A stretch of DNA of 33,855 bases from Catajapyx aquilonaris. Taxonomy: Eukaryota. The position numbers and the translations under genes were made by a program. The DNA lies in contig KZ539109.1 of NCBI GenBank assembly GCA_000934665.2, positions 1-33,855 of the forward strand. The letters run 5' to 3'. The notes under the pieces were generated by a model. That model did not search any database and was not told the DNA's origin. It saw only the letters and a list, made by a program, of their open reading frames with translations. Below, piece after piece: positions 33,706-33,855 of this stretch (its first letter is position 1; each line of letters begins with the position of its first letter).

Positions 33706-33855
33706 CCGTATTTACGCGCATATAAAACGCACACGCGCATAAGACGCACCCTGGTTTTGAGGCAAAAAATCGTGGAAAAACTGGCCTCGAGCTGCCGGCA
33801 GCAACCTCGTGTGCAATGCATGTGCGTGAGGAATCCATTAGAATCCAGTGGGGGG
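33706..33855. mobile_element. left end of a Tc1/mariner (Tc2/pogo-like) element, running off the window
   Basis: TA|CCGTATTTACGCGCATATAAAACGCAC...ATAAGACGCACC, a typical terminus for this group. Confidence 0.6.

Overview
This is eukaryotic animal genomic DNA, most likely an invertebrate such as an arthropod. It has spliceosomal GT-AG introns and one assembly gap (N 14027-14171). Four protein-coding genes can be assembled from splice signals. (1) TRF2/TBPL1, TBP-related factor 2: minus strand, 3 coding exons, about 299 aa. (2) A C8orf76-like TPR protein: plus strand, 2 exons, about 300 aa, head-to-head with TRF2 across a GC-rich promoter region. (3) A PLP/Zn-dependent D-serine dehydratase-family enzyme: plus strand, 5 exons, about 372 aa, starting about 400 bp after the C8orf76 stop. 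(4) The 3' part of a choline transporter-like CTL2/SLC44 gene: minus strand, last 5 coding exons. Introns and intergenic DNA are dense with non-autonomous DNA transposons (hAT, piggyBac, Tc1/mariner, PIF-like), several nested and with readable TSDs. There is also a tRNA-derived SINE and two degenerate tRNA-like sequences. The best leads are a possible shared first exon or bicistronic arrangement of C8orf76 and the dehydratase, substituted conserved histidines in the dehydratase, a uORF-rich TRF2 leader that could be in frame with TRF2, a candidate 73-aa spliced orphan ORF downstream of TRF2, and a polybasic-CC C-terminus on CTL2. All were read by eye, and none establishes a new system without transcript or comparative data.
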